Part shown: positions 51,001 to 60,690 of the stretch, in pieces | Layout of the letters: each line of letters begins with the position of its first letter | Position numbering within the stretch: position 1 is the first letter of the stretch | IMG/VR virus record: IMGVR_UViG_2914923772_000011 | Location: 10,054 to 74,053 of that record | Direction: 5' to 3' (one strand) | Source of the DNA: a virus | Taxonomy: Duplodnaviria; Caudoviricetes | DNA: 64,000 nt | Program-made: the position numbers and the translations under genes | The notes under the pieces: model-generated | Database searches by the model: none | What the model saw: the letters and a program-made list of their open reading frames with translations, nothing else | Told to the model about the DNA's origin: nothing

Positions 51001-54000
51001 CGGCTTTGCTTATACTTGCCAATGCTCTTAACCAGATGGGTTCAATGTCTTGGGAGGAAATCGCCAAAGGTCTTATCACTCTGGGCGGCGCAATGGCCAT
51101 TCTTGCAATCGGTCTGAATGCCATGACAGGCACTCTTGCAGGTTCTGCGGCGCTTCTTGTTGCTGCAAGTGCCCTCTTGGTGCTTACTCCGGTACTGGCT
51201 ATTCTCGGCGCCATGAGTTGGAGTTCCATCGTGAAAGGTCTCGTTACCCTGGCAGGTGCATTTGCTATCCTCGGTGTTGCAGGTGCTGTATTGACTCCGT
51301 TGGTTCCTTCCATTCTCGCTTTGAGTGGCTCGCTGGCACTAATCGGGGTAGCAGTTGTCGGTATTGGTGCCGGGCTTGCTCTGGCAGGTGCCGGTTTGTC
51401 CGCCTTGGCAGTAGGCTTAACAGCTCTTGCTGCTGCGGGGACTGCCGGTGCTACAGCCATCGTCGCTTCTTTGACTGTTATCATCACTGGTGTCGCAGCC
51501 CTTATTCCTGCAATTGTAGCCAAGATCGGTGAGGCAATTGTCGAATTCTGCAAAGTTATCGCTGATAGTGCAGGAGCCATTGGTGAAGCAGTCAAGGCAG
51601 TTGTCCTTATGCTGGTGGATGTACTTGTTGAGTGCGTTCCCGCTATCGCTGATGGGGCATTGAAGCTCATTGCAGGTGTTCTTGAAGCGTTGGTAGAATA
51701 TACCCCGTCTATCGTTGATTCCATCTTCCAATTCCTTATCGCAGTTCTTGAGGGCGTCGCTAAGAATCTTCCCAGTTTGATTCAGGCTGCGGTGGATGTA
51801 TTGATGGCGTTCTTCTCAGGCATTGTGGATGCACTTAAGGGTATTGATACAGAAACTCTTCTTCAGGGAATTGCCGGTATTGGTCTGCTTGCAGCAATTA
51901 TGGCTGCTTTGAGCGCAGTGGCTGCTCTGGTTCCAGGTGCAATGCTGGGTGTTCTCGGTATGGGTGCTGTCATCGCTGAGCTTGCTCTTGTACTTGCGGC
52001 GGTCGGTGCCCTGGCACAAATTCCTGGCTTGAACTGGCTTATCAATGAAGGCGGTAATCTGCTTCAGGGAATTGGTACGGCAATCGGTAAATTTGTTGGC
52101 GGTATCGTCGGCGGTTTTATGAGTGGCGTATCCAGTCAATTCCCGCAAATTGGTTCTGACCTTTCCGGGTTTATGACCAATGTCCAGCCGTTCCTTGACG
52201 GTGCAGCTTCCATAGATCCGGCTATGCTGGATGGTGTTAAGGCTCTTGCAGAAACGATTCTTATCCTGACAGCCGCAAATATTTTGGATGGACTGACCTC
52301 GTGGTTCACCGGCGGAAGCTCACTCTCCGGCTTTGCTGAAGAGATGGTTCCGTTTGGAAAAGCTATGAAGCAATTTTCTGATGAAATCAGCGGTATTGAT
52401 GGAGAAGCAGTTTCCAATGCTGCAATCGCAGGTAAGACTCTTGCAGAGATGGCTGATACACTTCCTAATACTGGCGGTGTCGTTGGTTTCTTTGCCGGAG
52501 AGAACGATATGAATGCCTTCGGTGAACAGCTTATTCCATTTGGTCGTGCCATGCGTAACTTTGCAAACGAAGTCGCCGGAATTGACGCCAGTGTTATTAC
52601 TGAAGCAGCTACCGCTGGTAAGGCACTTGCAGAGATGGCAAGCACCGTTCCGAACAGCGGCGGCGTAGTTGGCTTCTTTGCTGGTGAAAACGATATGGAT
52701 GACTTTGGCGAACAGCTTGTTCCTTTCGGCAGAGCAATGAAGGATTTCTCTGACGCTGTTTCCGGACTGAAAGCCGATGTCATTCAAAATAGCGTTACCG
52801 CAGGTCAGGCTTTGCTTGAGCTTGCGAATACGGTGCCGAATACTGGCGGTGTTGTATCCTGGTTTACGGGCGATAACGACCTTGAAACCTTCGGTGAACA
52901 GCTTGTCCCGTTTGGTACAGCGATGAAAAACTATTCTTTGGCTGTTACAGGATTGGATGCATCTGTCGTCACAAACTCCGCAAATGCAGCTAAAGCTCTG
53001 GTTGAGCTTTCAAACAATTTGCCGAATAGTGGCGGTATCGTATCCTGGTTTACGGGCGATAACGATATTGCAAGCTTCGGCGAGCAGCTGGTATCTTTCG
53101 GTCAGTCATTTGCTGCGTATTACAACAGCGTTAGCGGAGTGGATGTGGCTAAGTTAAGTGGTGTGGTTGTCGAGTTCAGAAATCTTATGGATTTGGCAAA
53201 CGGCATTAAGAGCGTTGATACAAGTGGAATGTCTACATTTGCTCAGAATCTTACGAATTTGGGTAATGCAGGCATTGACGGCTTTATCAATGCCTTTACA
53301 AATGCTAATTCCCGTGTGAGCACAGCCGCAAACACGATGGTCACTACATTTATCAATGCCGCCAAAGCACAGCAAGGAAATCTGACAAGCACTTTTACCA
53401 CCATGATTAACGGTATTGTCACTGCTTTTACAAGCAAGTACAGTCAGTTCACAGTTATGGGGCAGACGATGATGACCAACTTTATCTCTGGTATTCGTAC
53501 CGGCGACGCATCTGCTCGGTCGGCATTTGTCACAATCGTATCCGGTTGCCTGACCGCAATCCGAAATAAGTTCTACGAGTTTAACACCGTTGGACAGACT
53601 ACGATGACAAATCTTATTGCCGGTATTCGAGCAAAGAACCAGCTTGCGAAAGACGCCTTTGTTCAGATCATTAACAGTTGCCTGACCGCAATCCGAAATA
53701 AATACACCGATTTCTATAACGCCGGTAAGTATCTCGTTGAAGGGTTTGCCGCTGGCATAACTGCCAACACATACATGGCTGAAGCGAGAGCAAGAGCTAT
53801 GGCAAGAGCAGCGGCAGCGGCAGCAGAAGCGGAACTCGATATCAATTCGCCGTCTAAAGTTGGCTATCGAATTGGCGGATTCTTTGGTATGGGCTTCGTC
53901 AATTCCCTGATCGACTACGCCGATAAGTCTTACGATGCCGGTGCATCTGTTGCAAAGTCGGCTAAGGAAGGACTCCGCAACGCGGTTTCCAAGATCGGTG

Positions 54001-54302
54001 ATTTCATCGAAAACGGAATTGACTCTCAACCGACAATTCGACCGCTGCTTGATCTGTCTGATGTAACAGAGGGTGCTGGTAGACTGTCGGCACTTCTGAG
54101 TCGGAATCAGGCAATGAAGATCAGCGCTGGCATGGAACATGAGGGTACTGGTATCGTTCAAAATGGCGGTACTACACCTACCTCCGGAAACAACTACAAT
54201 TTTACACAAAATAACTATTCACCTAAGGCACTGTCGAGGATCGACATTTATCGTCAGACGAAGAATCAGTTCTCGGCGTTGAAAGGATTGGTGGAAACAT
54301 GA
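48078..54302 (+). CDS. Tape measure protein
   Basis: About 2075 aa, Ala/Gly-rich amphipathic repeats; about 62-aa repeats near 52200-53150. Confidence 0.9.
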   Translation: MSKTIDERVVEMRFDNKQFESNVQTSLSTIEKLKKSLDMDGATKGLESIDSAAKKVDMSGLGSAVETVKTRFSALEVMAVTALANITNSVVNTGKQMLHSLTIEPISQGFEEYELKMGSIQTIMMSTGASLEEVNKYLQELNTYSDKTIYSFQDMTSNIGKFTNAGVGLEDAVMAIQGVSNVAAVSGANANEASRAMYNFAQALSAGYVKLIDWKSIENANMATVEFKTQLLESAVACGTLTKTADGMYKTVKGNVIDATHGFNDSLQDQWMTTEALVGTLRNYADETTEIGAKAFAAAQDVKTFTQLMDTLKEAVGSGWANTWEILFGDFEEAKELWTGLSQVIGGFIDAQADARNEMLQGWKDLGGRTKLIEALKNAFEGVQSVIKPIYEAFREIFPPTTAQQLYDITENLRKFTANLKLSDTASANLKSTFKGLFAILDIVKQAFSAIFTAIKPLFGGFGTLGDGILGFTGGIGDAIVAFDEFIKTSGAFQKVGEGIATVIQTIMTALSTLKNKIKEKFESANFELFHSLLERIHERMAQVGEAAGEMKSGIIVAFEVIGETLANCQFVQLLSAVWNAVKTIGSGIIKILGELGSSLAKNLGEANFSGIIDLLNGISFGAIAVGITKFVGTFRKAIEDIGSFKESFIGILDSVRGCFEAYQTQLQAGTLLKIASAIAILTASLIALSLVDSEKLNVALGAITVLFAELLASMAVFNKISGQATGVMKSVTAMLGIATAVLILASALKKIADLDAKQLTTGLIGVAGLTTMMVVAAKAMSSNSKTIIKGATQMVIFAAAIKILASVCEQLAKLDWNQLAKGLVGVGVLLAEVSLFLRTAKFSGKSITTATGIVILSAAIKVLASACKDFGEMKWEDIGKGLASIAVLLAEVTAFTKLTGNAKHVISTGVALIAIGAAMKIFASAVKDFSGMQWDEIARGLVAMAGALAAVTIAVNFMPKNMIGIGTGLIAVSAALLILANALNQMGSMSWEEIAKGLITLGGAMAILAIGLNAMTGTLAGSAALLVAASALLVLTPVLAILGAMSWSSIVKGLVTLAGAFAILGVAGAVLTPLVPSILALSGSLALIGVAVVGIGAGLALAGAGLSALAVGLTALAAAGTAGATAIVASLTVIITGVAALIPAIVAKIGEAIVEFCKVIADSAGAIGEAVKAVVLMLVDVLVECVPAIADGALKLIAGVLEALVEYTPSIVDSIFQFLIAVLEGVAKNLPSLIQAAVDVLMAFFSGIVDALKGIDTETLLQGIAGIGLLAAIMAALSAVAALVPGAMLGVLGMGAVIAELALVLAAVGALAQIPGLNWLINEGGNLLQGIGTAIGKFVGGIVGGFMSGVSSQFPQIGSDLSGFMTNVQPFLDGAASIDPAMLDGVKALAETILILTAANILDGLTSWFTGGSSLSGFAEEMVPFGKAMKQFSDEISGIDGEAVSNAAIAGKTLAEMADTLPNTGGVVGFFAGENDMNAFGEQLIPFGRAMRNFANEVAGIDASVITEAATAGKALAEMASTVPNSGGVVGFFAGENDMDDFGEQLVPFGRAMKDFSDAVSGLKADVIQNSVTAGQALLELANTVPNTGGVVSWFTGDNDLETFGEQLVPFGTAMKNYSLAVTGLDASVVTNSANAAKALVELSNNLPNSGGIVSWFTGDNDIASFGEQLVSFGQSFAAYYNSVSGVDVAKLSGVVVEFRNLMDLANGIKSVDTSGMSTFAQNLTNLGNAGIDGFINAFTNANSRVSTAANTMVTTFINAAKAQQGNLTSTFTTMINGIVTAFTSKYSQFTVMGQTMMTNFISGIRTGDASARSAFVTIVSGCLTAIRNKFYEFNTVGQTTMTNLIAGIRAKNQLAKDAFVQIINSCLTAIRNKYTDFYNAGKYLVEGFAAGITANTYMAEARARAMARAAAAAAEAELDINSPSKVGYRIGGFFGMGFVNSLIDYADKSYDAGASVAKSAKEGLRNAVSKIGDFIENGIDSQPTIRPLLDLSDVTEGAGRLSALLSRNQAMKISAGMEHEGTGIVQNGGTTPTSGNNYNFTQNNYSPKALSRIDIYRQTKNQFSALKGLVET

Positions 54303-55222
54303 TTCACTCATTTGCTATCACCAATTACTTAGGTGATAGGATCAAACTTGACTTGAGGGAGCCTGAGGTTTCGGGCTTCCTCATCAAGTTTGTAACCGGC
54401 TTAGGTCCGGTCAAAGCAACTGTCAACACGACAGAAGTCGTCACTAATGACGGCTCTATGTTTAACTCCGCCAGATTGAGTCAGCGGAATATTGTTTTCC
54501 AAATCGTATTTGTTGATACAGTCTACGGAGAAACGATCGAAGATGTACGGCAGAAATCCTACAAATACTTTCCGGCAAAGAAAAGTGTTGAAATCATTAT
54601 CGAAACTGATAACCGATATGTACGAACAAGTGGTTATGTGGAATCGAATGAACCGAACATTTTCAGCTCGCAGGAAGGGACCTCAATCTCGATCATTTGC
54701 CCTGACCCATTCTTCTATTCAGCCGGAGAGGATGGGAATAATGTAACGGATTTCTACAGTATTGACCCGATGTTTGAATTTCCGTTCTCAAACGAGTCTC
54801 TGACGGAACCCTTGCTTGTATTTGGCGAAATTCAGATCAAGACGGAGGGTGTCATCACTTACTATGGTGATGCCGAAATCGGCGTAACGATCTATATTCA
54901 TGCAATAGGACCGGCAAGCAACATCAATATTTACAATACGGAAACCAGAGAAGTCATGAAGATCGATACTGTGAAGCTCCAAAAGCTGACTGGAAAGGGT
55001 ATCGTCGCAAGTGATGATATCGTTATTAACACCTCAAAGGGTGATAAGAGCATTACTCTGATTCGTGAAGGCGTTTCGTACAACATCCTGAACTGTTTGG
55101 ATAAGAATACCGACTGGTTTACCTTAGCAAAAGGCGATAACATTTTCGCCTTTACTGCTGACAGCGGTGTTACGAATCTTCAGTTCAGAATTGAAAACAA
55201 AGTAATCTATGAGGGGGTATAA
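54299..55222 (+). CDS. Distal tail (Dit-like) protein
   Basis: Directly after the TMP; typical size. Confidence 0.7.
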   Translation: MIHSFAITNYLGDRIKLDLREPEVSGFLIKFVTGLGPVKATVNTTEVVTNDGSMFNSARLSQRNIVFQIVFVDTVYGETIEDVRQKSYKYFPAKKSVEIIIETDNRYVRTSGYVESNEPNIFSSQEGTSISIICPDPFFYSAGEDGNNVTDFYSIDPMFEFPFSNESLTEPLLVFGEIQIKTEGVITYYGDAEIGVTIYIHAIGPASNINIYNTETREVMKIDTVKLQKLTGKGIVASDDIVINTSKGDKSITLIREGVSYNILNCLDKNTDWFTLAKGDNIFAFTADSGVTNLQFRIENKVIYEGV

Positions 55223-55224
55223 CT

Positions 55225-56286
55225 ATGGAACTTTTGGTCTTAAACACCGACTTTGAGTCCATAGCCGTCATAGATACTTACGAATCCATGATATGGACTG
55301 ACCGGTATAATTCGTATGGAGATTTCGAGATATTCTTCGCTATGGATACACAACTCTTGCAGTATTTGAAAGAGGATTACTATCTGTGGCTGAAGGATTC
55401 GGAGCACTGTATGATTATCGAGGACATCAAGATCAATGCCGACACAGAAGAAGGAAATCATCTTATCGTCACAGGCAGATCGTTGGAGTCTATTCTTGAA
55501 CGCCGCATCATCTGGGGGCAGCGAATCTTTAACGGAAATCTTCAAAATGGCATCCAGACGATGCTAAACGAATGCATCATTTCACCGTCTATTGCTGATC
55601 GAAAGATTTCCAACTTTGTGTTCGTGCCTTCTGCCGACCCTAAAATTACAAGTCTGAAAATCGACAACCAATACACAGGTGACTGCCTGTACGATGTCGT
55701 CAAAGGACTTTGTGAGGAAAACAATATAGGGTTCAAGATCGTACTGACAGATGAAAACAATTTTGCATTCAGTCTGTATGCCGGCGTTGATCGCTCTTAT
55801 GAGCAGACAGAAAATCCGTATGTTGTTTTCTCTCCAAACTTTGAGAACATCATCAACAGCAACTATTATTCATCCAGAACGAGTTTTCGAAATGTGACTC
55901 TGGTTGCAGGAGAAGGTGAAGGGGCAGCAAGGCGAACTGCTATCGTTGGCTCAGCCTCAGGGCTTGATCGGCGTGAGCTTTTTACAGATGCTCGTGACAT
56001 CTCATCCGATACTAAGGACGGGACTCTTTCCGATGCAGAATATATGGCGCAGCTTCGGACAAAAGGTTTGAAGAATCTGGCAGACCATATTGTAACCACT
56101 GCATTCGAAGGAGAAGTTGAAGTTACTCGACTTTTCAAATACGGCGAGGACTTCTTTATCGGAGACATCGTTCAAATCGCCAATGAATATGGCAATGAGG
56201 GATCAGCTTACATTTCAGAGCTGGTCATCTCAAACAGTGAGGAAGGGTTGTCGATTTATCCGACCTTCAAAACTATTTCAAAGTAA
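55225..56286 (+). CDS. Tail hub / Gp37-like siphovirus protein
   Basis: After Dit; IWTDRY..GDFE..LGDIV-type pattern (FFIGDIV). Confidence 0.7.
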   Translation: MELLVLNTDFESIAVIDTYESMIWTDRYNSYGDFEIFFAMDTQLLQYLKEDYYLWLKDSEHCMIIEDIKINADTEEGNHLIVTGRSLESILERRIIWGQRIFNGNLQNGIQTMLNECIISPSIADRKISNFVFVPSADPKITSLKIDNQYTGDCLYDVVKGLCEENNIGFKIVLTDENNFAFSLYAGVDRSYEQTENPYVVFSPNFENIINSNYYSSRTSFRNVTLVAGEGEGAARRTAIVGSASGLDRRELFTDARDISSDTKDGTLSDAEYMAQLRTKGLKNLADHIVTTAFEGEVEVTRLFKYGEDFFIGDIVQIANEYGNEGSAYISELVISNSEEGLSIYPTFKTISK

Positions 56287-56301
56287 GGAGGGAGAAACTG
56301 A

Positions 56302-57309
56302 ATGAGCGTATCAAGCGGATTTTTCAATTCACTTAACGGTGACCGCAAATACAATGCTGCACAGATGTCAGCTATCTTTGATGGACTCATCATCGATGGT
56401 GTATTTGCTTCTATCGGAACCGCTTTTGCTGTGAAGGCGGCAGGCGGTCTTACCGTGAATGTCGGTATCGGCAAAGCCTGGTTCGACCATACATGGACAG
56501 TCAATGACAGCATCCTGCCGATGACCGCCCCGGAAGCAGAGGTGCTTCTTGATCGTATTGATGCCGTGGTTCTGGAAGTAAACGGAATGGAATCAGTTCG
56601 TAATAACACTATCAAATTTGTCAAAGGCAATCCGTCCAGCGCACCGTCGAGACCGACTTTGACGAACGAGGGAAATGTCCATCAGTACCCTCTCTGTTAT
56701 ATTTACAGAAAATATGGCACTGCGGTCATTAACCAAGCTGATATTACCCCTATGGTTGGCACAGAATCTACTCCATTTGTAACTGGCATTCTTCAGACGA
56801 TCAGTCTGGACGAGTTGCTTGGCAAATGGCAGGATGAGCTTGATCGATTTACTGATGCACGATCTAAGGAAGTCGATGACTGGATTGCTCAGGAGGAAAG
56901 CGATTTCACGGCTTGGTTCAATAAAATGAAAGCGGACCTCCAACAGGAGCAGACCGTTCTTGACCAGTGGATCGCATCTGAACAGGCCGATTTCCTTGCC
57001 TGGTATAACCAGATGAAAGATCAGCTCAGCGGCGATGTCGCCGGTAATCTGCAACTTGAGATCAACAAGGAAGAGGTCAAACGGATTTTGCTGGTTGGCT
57101 TCGAAGACGGAACCAAGGAGTTTTCAGATGATGGTACTGTTATCACTTCGACTGCGAGCGATGGTAGAACCTTGACGAAGACTTTTTCTGACGGATTCCT
57201 GACCATGACAAATGTGCTGAAAAGTGCAGCTGGAGCAGAAGTGGCGAGAGCCGTCAAAACTTTTGACTCCGATGGCAAGCTTATCAGTACCGTTGTAACT
57301 TATTCTTAA
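56302..57309 (+). CDS. Baseplate/tail-tip protein with coiled coil and C-terminal beta-repeat domain
   Basis: SGFFNSLNGDRKYNA start; C-terminus homologous to 63012-63542. Confidence 0.65.
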   Translation: MSVSSGFFNSLNGDRKYNAAQMSAIFDGLIIDGVFASIGTAFAVKAAGGLTVNVGIGKAWFDHTWTVNDSILPMTAPEAEVLLDRIDAVVLEVNGMESVRNNTIKFVKGNPSSAPSRPTLTNEGNVHQYPLCYIYRKYGTAVINQADITPMVGTESTPFVTGILQTISLDELLGKWQDELDRFTDARSKEVDDWIAQEESDFTAWFNKMKADLQQEQTVLDQWIASEQADFLAWYNQMKDQLSGDVAGNLQLEINKEEVKRILLVGFEDGTKEFSDDGTVITSTASDGRTLTKTFSDGFLTMTNVLKSAAGAEVARAVKTFDSDGKLISTVVTYS

Positions 57310-57330
57310 AGCGAAAGGAGAATAATCAAA

Positions 57331-59178
57331 ATGGCAGAAGAAGATCTGATTTTCGGTAAAAACCGACATTTCTTTGGCGGCATTGAGCCGTCCAATATGC
57401 TGGCATTCAGCGTGGCTGTTGAGAGTGGCGTTGTGAAAGTCACAGCAACACTTCCTAACGACACGGTCGTGAACAACCAGACACTCTGCACCGTGGAAGG
57501 TGCGATTATCCGGAGGAAGACAACCGATTATCCTAAGGACGAGTTCGATGGTGATCTGGTCGCCAACATCAAAGCGTCCACTGTCTTCGCAGATAGTGGT
57601 GCATCTCCTACCGGAACTTACTACTATGCAGCATTCCCTTATACCACTCAGGGTGTGTATAACCGGAACAAGGCTAACCGTGTAGTTGTTAATGAACCGG
57701 AGCCGATGCAGGAGTTTTCCGCTAAGTCGGTGTATGTCTCGGCGTCTGATACCGTTAAGGTAGAAATTACGGCGAAGCTTCCGAGTGGCGTTGCAGGTGC
57801 AGTTATCCGTAGGAGCACGACCGGTTATCCTACCAGCGAGACTGAGGGTGAGCTGTTCAAGAACATCACTGCAAACGGCACTTATACGGATACTAATGTG
57901 ACGGTCGGTGTGGTATATTACTATTCCGCATTCCCTTACACCAGTACCGGTGCCTATAATCGCAGTGAGGCGAACCGAACCAGTGTTACCCCGAAGAAGA
58001 GAGATTATCTGTTTGGTTACGATCTGGTAAAAGCGACTTCCAGCCCTACCGGACGAGTAACTTATCCTTCTGATGTGGATAACGCTGCATTTACTCCGGC
58101 GGCTATGAATTTCAGCACCGGTAAGTTCAATTATGGTGGTTGGGCGTTTGACCCGGGTGAAAAGTTCATGCCTCGTCCTTGTATGCTTACTTATGCAGGC
58201 GTTGTCGATCACTATCTCAATCCTAACGACTATACCAAGAAGGTCAACGGCACCACATCCAAGGTTACGGATACTTCTTTCGGCGGCAACGCCATGATGG
58301 AATGGCCGAAGATCTATACAAAGCGTTGGGAATCGAATGGTGTTTATCATTTCCGCTGCTCCGATACTCCTCAGGACGATACTTGGGATTGCTGGTGTAA
58401 CTATGACCGCAATAACAACCAGATCGATCATTTCTATACCCCCATCTATTTCGGTTCTCTGGTTTCCGGTAAGCTGCGTTCTATCAGCGGTGCAGCTAAC
58501 AGCGTAAACACCACGGCGGCTAATGAAATCGCCTATGCAAAGGCAAACGGCAATGACTGGTATACCGAGGTGCTGGCTGACAGACTGTTGCTCCAGGATC
58601 TGCTGGTTATGATGGCTCGTTCTACCGAGTGTCAAACTGCATTTGGCTATGGACGGTGCAATAGTTCCAATAGTATTGCTCCTGGTACGATGAACTCCAA
58701 GGGTATGTTCTGGGGTTCTAATGACAAGACTTCCGGTGTGAAGGTCTTCGGTATGGAGAATGTCTGGGGTAACCTGTGGCGTCGTACTGCTGGCTGGATC
58801 AATGCCAATGGAACTCAGAAGGTCAAGCTGACTCGTGGTACTCACGATGGTTCTACTGCAACCGACTACAACACAGACGGAAACGGTTATAAGACGATCG
58901 CAAATGCTACTCCGGCTGGCAGCTCCGGAGGCTACATCAGCAGCATGAAGACGGAAGCATTCGGACGGCTGCCTGTTAATGCAAGTGGTTCCAGCAGCAC
59001 TTATGAGGCTGACGGCATGTGGTACAATAACAGCCAGGTCAATTACGCGTCTGTCGGCGGCTCCTGGTCCCATGCCCTTCTGGTCGGTCCTTTCTGCGCT
59101 ACTCTGAGCGATACGGCGTCCAATTCGTACTCGGGCCTTGGCGCGGCTCTCTCTTGTAAACCGCTTGCTGCTGCGTAA
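57331..59178 (+). CDS. DGR target: receptor-binding/tail protein with two FnIII-like repeats and a C-terminal C-type-lectin-fold variable domain
   Basis: Repeats IRR.TT.YP..E..G....YYY.AFPYT..G.YNR; GMENVWGNLW; VR in the last codons. Confidence 0.85.
   Translation: MAEEDLIFGKNRHFFGGIEPSNMLAFSVAVESGVVKVTATLPNDTVVNNQTLCTVEGAIIRRKTTDYPKDEFDGDLVANIKASTVFADSGASPTGTYYYAAFPYTTQGVYNRNKANRVVVNEPEPMQEFSAKSVYVSASDTVKVEITAKLPSGVAGAVIRRSTTGYPTSETEGELFKNITANGTYTDTNVTVGVVYYYSAFPYTSTGAYNRSEANRTSVTPKKRDYLFGYDLVKATSSPTGRVTYPSDVDNAAFTPAAMNFSTGKFNYGGWAFDPGEKFMPRPCMLTYAGVVDHYLNPNDYTKKVNGTTSKVTDTSFGGNAMMEWPKIYTKRWESNGVYHFRCSDTPQDDTWDCWCNYDRNNNQIDHFYTPIYFGSLVSGKLRSISGAANSVNTTAANEIAYAKANGNDWYTEVLADRLLLQDLLVMMARSTECQTAFGYGRCNSSNSIAPGTMNSKGMFWGSNDKTSGVKVFGMENVWGNLWRRTAGWINANGTQKVKLTRGTHDGSTATDYNTDGNGYKTIANATPAGSSGGYISSMKTEAFGRLPVNASGSSSTYEADGMWYNNSQVNYASVGGSWSHALLVGPFCATLSDTASNSYSGLGAALSCKPLAAA
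59047..59157 (+). repeat. DGR variable repeat (VR)
   Basis: 111-bp gapless alignment to TR with 19 differences, all opposite TR adenines. Confidence 0.95.
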
Positions 59179-59211
59179 GCAGCGAGGAGAGGACGGGAGA
59201 ACCTTAGGTTC
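59164..59211 (+). promoter_or_regulatory. Hairpins downstream of VR (candidate IMH-associated cruciform)
   Basis: GCTGCT-GCGTA-AGCAGC and GAACC-TTA-GGTTC. Confidence 0.55.
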
Positions 59212-59261
59212 GCCGGGTAAACGAAAACAATTAAATATTAGGGGTATACACTGCGCCCAGT

Positions 59262-59372
59262 GCGTATGTCGGCGGCAACTGGAACAATGACCTTATGGTC
59301 GGTCCTTTCTACGCTAATCTGAACAATACGGCGTCCAATTCGAACTCGAACAATGGCGCGGCTCTATCTTAT
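59262..59372 (+). repeat. DGR template repeat (TR)
   Basis: AAC/AAT-rich codons; intergenic, upstream of the RT; flanks 59243-54 and 59394-405 pair over 12 bp. Confidence 0.95.
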
Positions 59373-59529
59373 CCATAAGAAGCTCTCCTTAATGCAGTGT
59401 ATGCCGCCATTTCAAAATGGCAAGAGATATCCGCATCTCTTCCTCACCACTTGGTGAAAATTAACTCGGTGCAAGCATCTGTGAGTAGCTGAGAATAAGT
59501 CGAAAGCGGATGAGAGGATAAGAGAGAAC

Positions 59530-60690
59530 ATGAAATCCTATAACCACTTGTACGAAAAAACAATATCCGAAACGAACCGACGGTACGCTCTGTCTCAAGC
59601 AAAGCACAGCAAGAGATTCCGTAAAATCATGAAACACCGGCACATGTCTGACGATGCCGCAGTTGAACAATCCTTAGACTGGATAGTCAACTACGAAAAC
59701 GCCGAGCATGTGCCGGTTTACATTTATGATGGGATTACTCGCAAGGAGCGCACTATTATTGTCCCTACGATGGAAGAGCTGCTTGTTCAGCATTGCATCG
59801 TAAATGCCATGAAGCCGATGTTCTGCAAGGGAATGTATGAACACAGCTATGCCAGTCTTCCGGGCAGAGGTGCCCATAAAGGAAAGCAGGTAATTGAGAA
59901 GTGGATCAGGACTGACCCGAAGAATTGTAAGTATGTCCTCAAAATGGATATTCGCCATTTCTTTGATTCCATCCCACACGATCGTTTGAAAGCCAAGTTG
60001 AAGAAGACCATTCATGACGAGAAGATGTTGGAGCTATTATTCCGCATTATCGATGTTACAGAGGTTGGTATTCCACTTGGCTTTTATACTTCTCAATGGC
60101 TTTCCAACTGGTATTTGCAGGGTTTAGATCATTTCATCAAGGAGCAGCTCTGTGCCGTGCACTATATGCGCTACATGGACGATATGGTCATTTTCGGAAG
60201 CAACAAGAGGGTTTTGCACCGCATGAGACAAGCAATTTCCGATTATTTGGAAATGGAGCTTGGTTTAGAACTTAAAGCGAATTGGCAAGTCTTTCGCTTT
60301 TCCTATGGCAACAACCAGGGGCGTGACCTGGACTTCATGGGCTTTCGTTTTTATCGTAATCGAACGATTCTTCGAAAATCCATTATGTACAAGGCCACGA
60401 GAAAAGCTCGCAAAATCTCCAAAAAGGAGAAAGCAACCATACTCGATGCTCGGCAAATGTTGTCTTATCTTGGGTGGATCGACTGCACCGATACTTATTT
60501 GATGTATCGGAAGTGGATAAAACCATGTGTTAGCTTCCAGCAATTGAAGCGAAAAGTTTCACGATATGACAAATACGATGAGAAGCGGGTATATCAAAAA
60601 CTCGTCAGTCTTTACACTGCGAAAGGAGGAAAGTCGCATGGAGTTAAATTACAAATATGCCGAGAGCACAGTCCAACCGACTGCACTTGA
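59530..60690 (+). CDS. DGR reverse transcriptase
   Basis: KMDIRHFFDSI, GIPLGFYTSQWLSN, RYMDD, DFMGF; adjacent TR. Confidence 0.95.
   Translation: MKSYNHLYEKTISETNRRYALSQAKHSKRFRKIMKHRHMSDDAAVEQSLDWIVNYENAEHVPVYIYDGITRKERTIIVPTMEELLVQHCIVNAMKPMFCKGMYEHSYASLPGRGAHKGKQVIEKWIRTDPKNCKYVLKMDIRHFFDSIPHDRLKAKLKKTIHDEKMLELLFRIIDVTEVGIPLGFYTSQWLSNWYLQGLDHFIKEQLCAVHYMRYMDDMVIFGSNKRVLHRMRQAISDYLEMELGLELKANWQVFRFSYGNNQGRDLDFMGFRFYRNRTILRKSIMYKATRKARKISKKEKATILDARQMLSYLGWIDCTDTYLMYRKWIKPCVSFQQLKRKVSRYDKYDEKRVYQKLVSLYTAKGGKSHGVKLQICREHSPTDCT

Noticed and set aside
59530-60690. RT as group II intron, retron or Abi RT
   Set aside because: Adjacent TR/VR pair with adenine-only differences and the GxxxSQ motif identify a DGR; no intron or msr-msd structure seen
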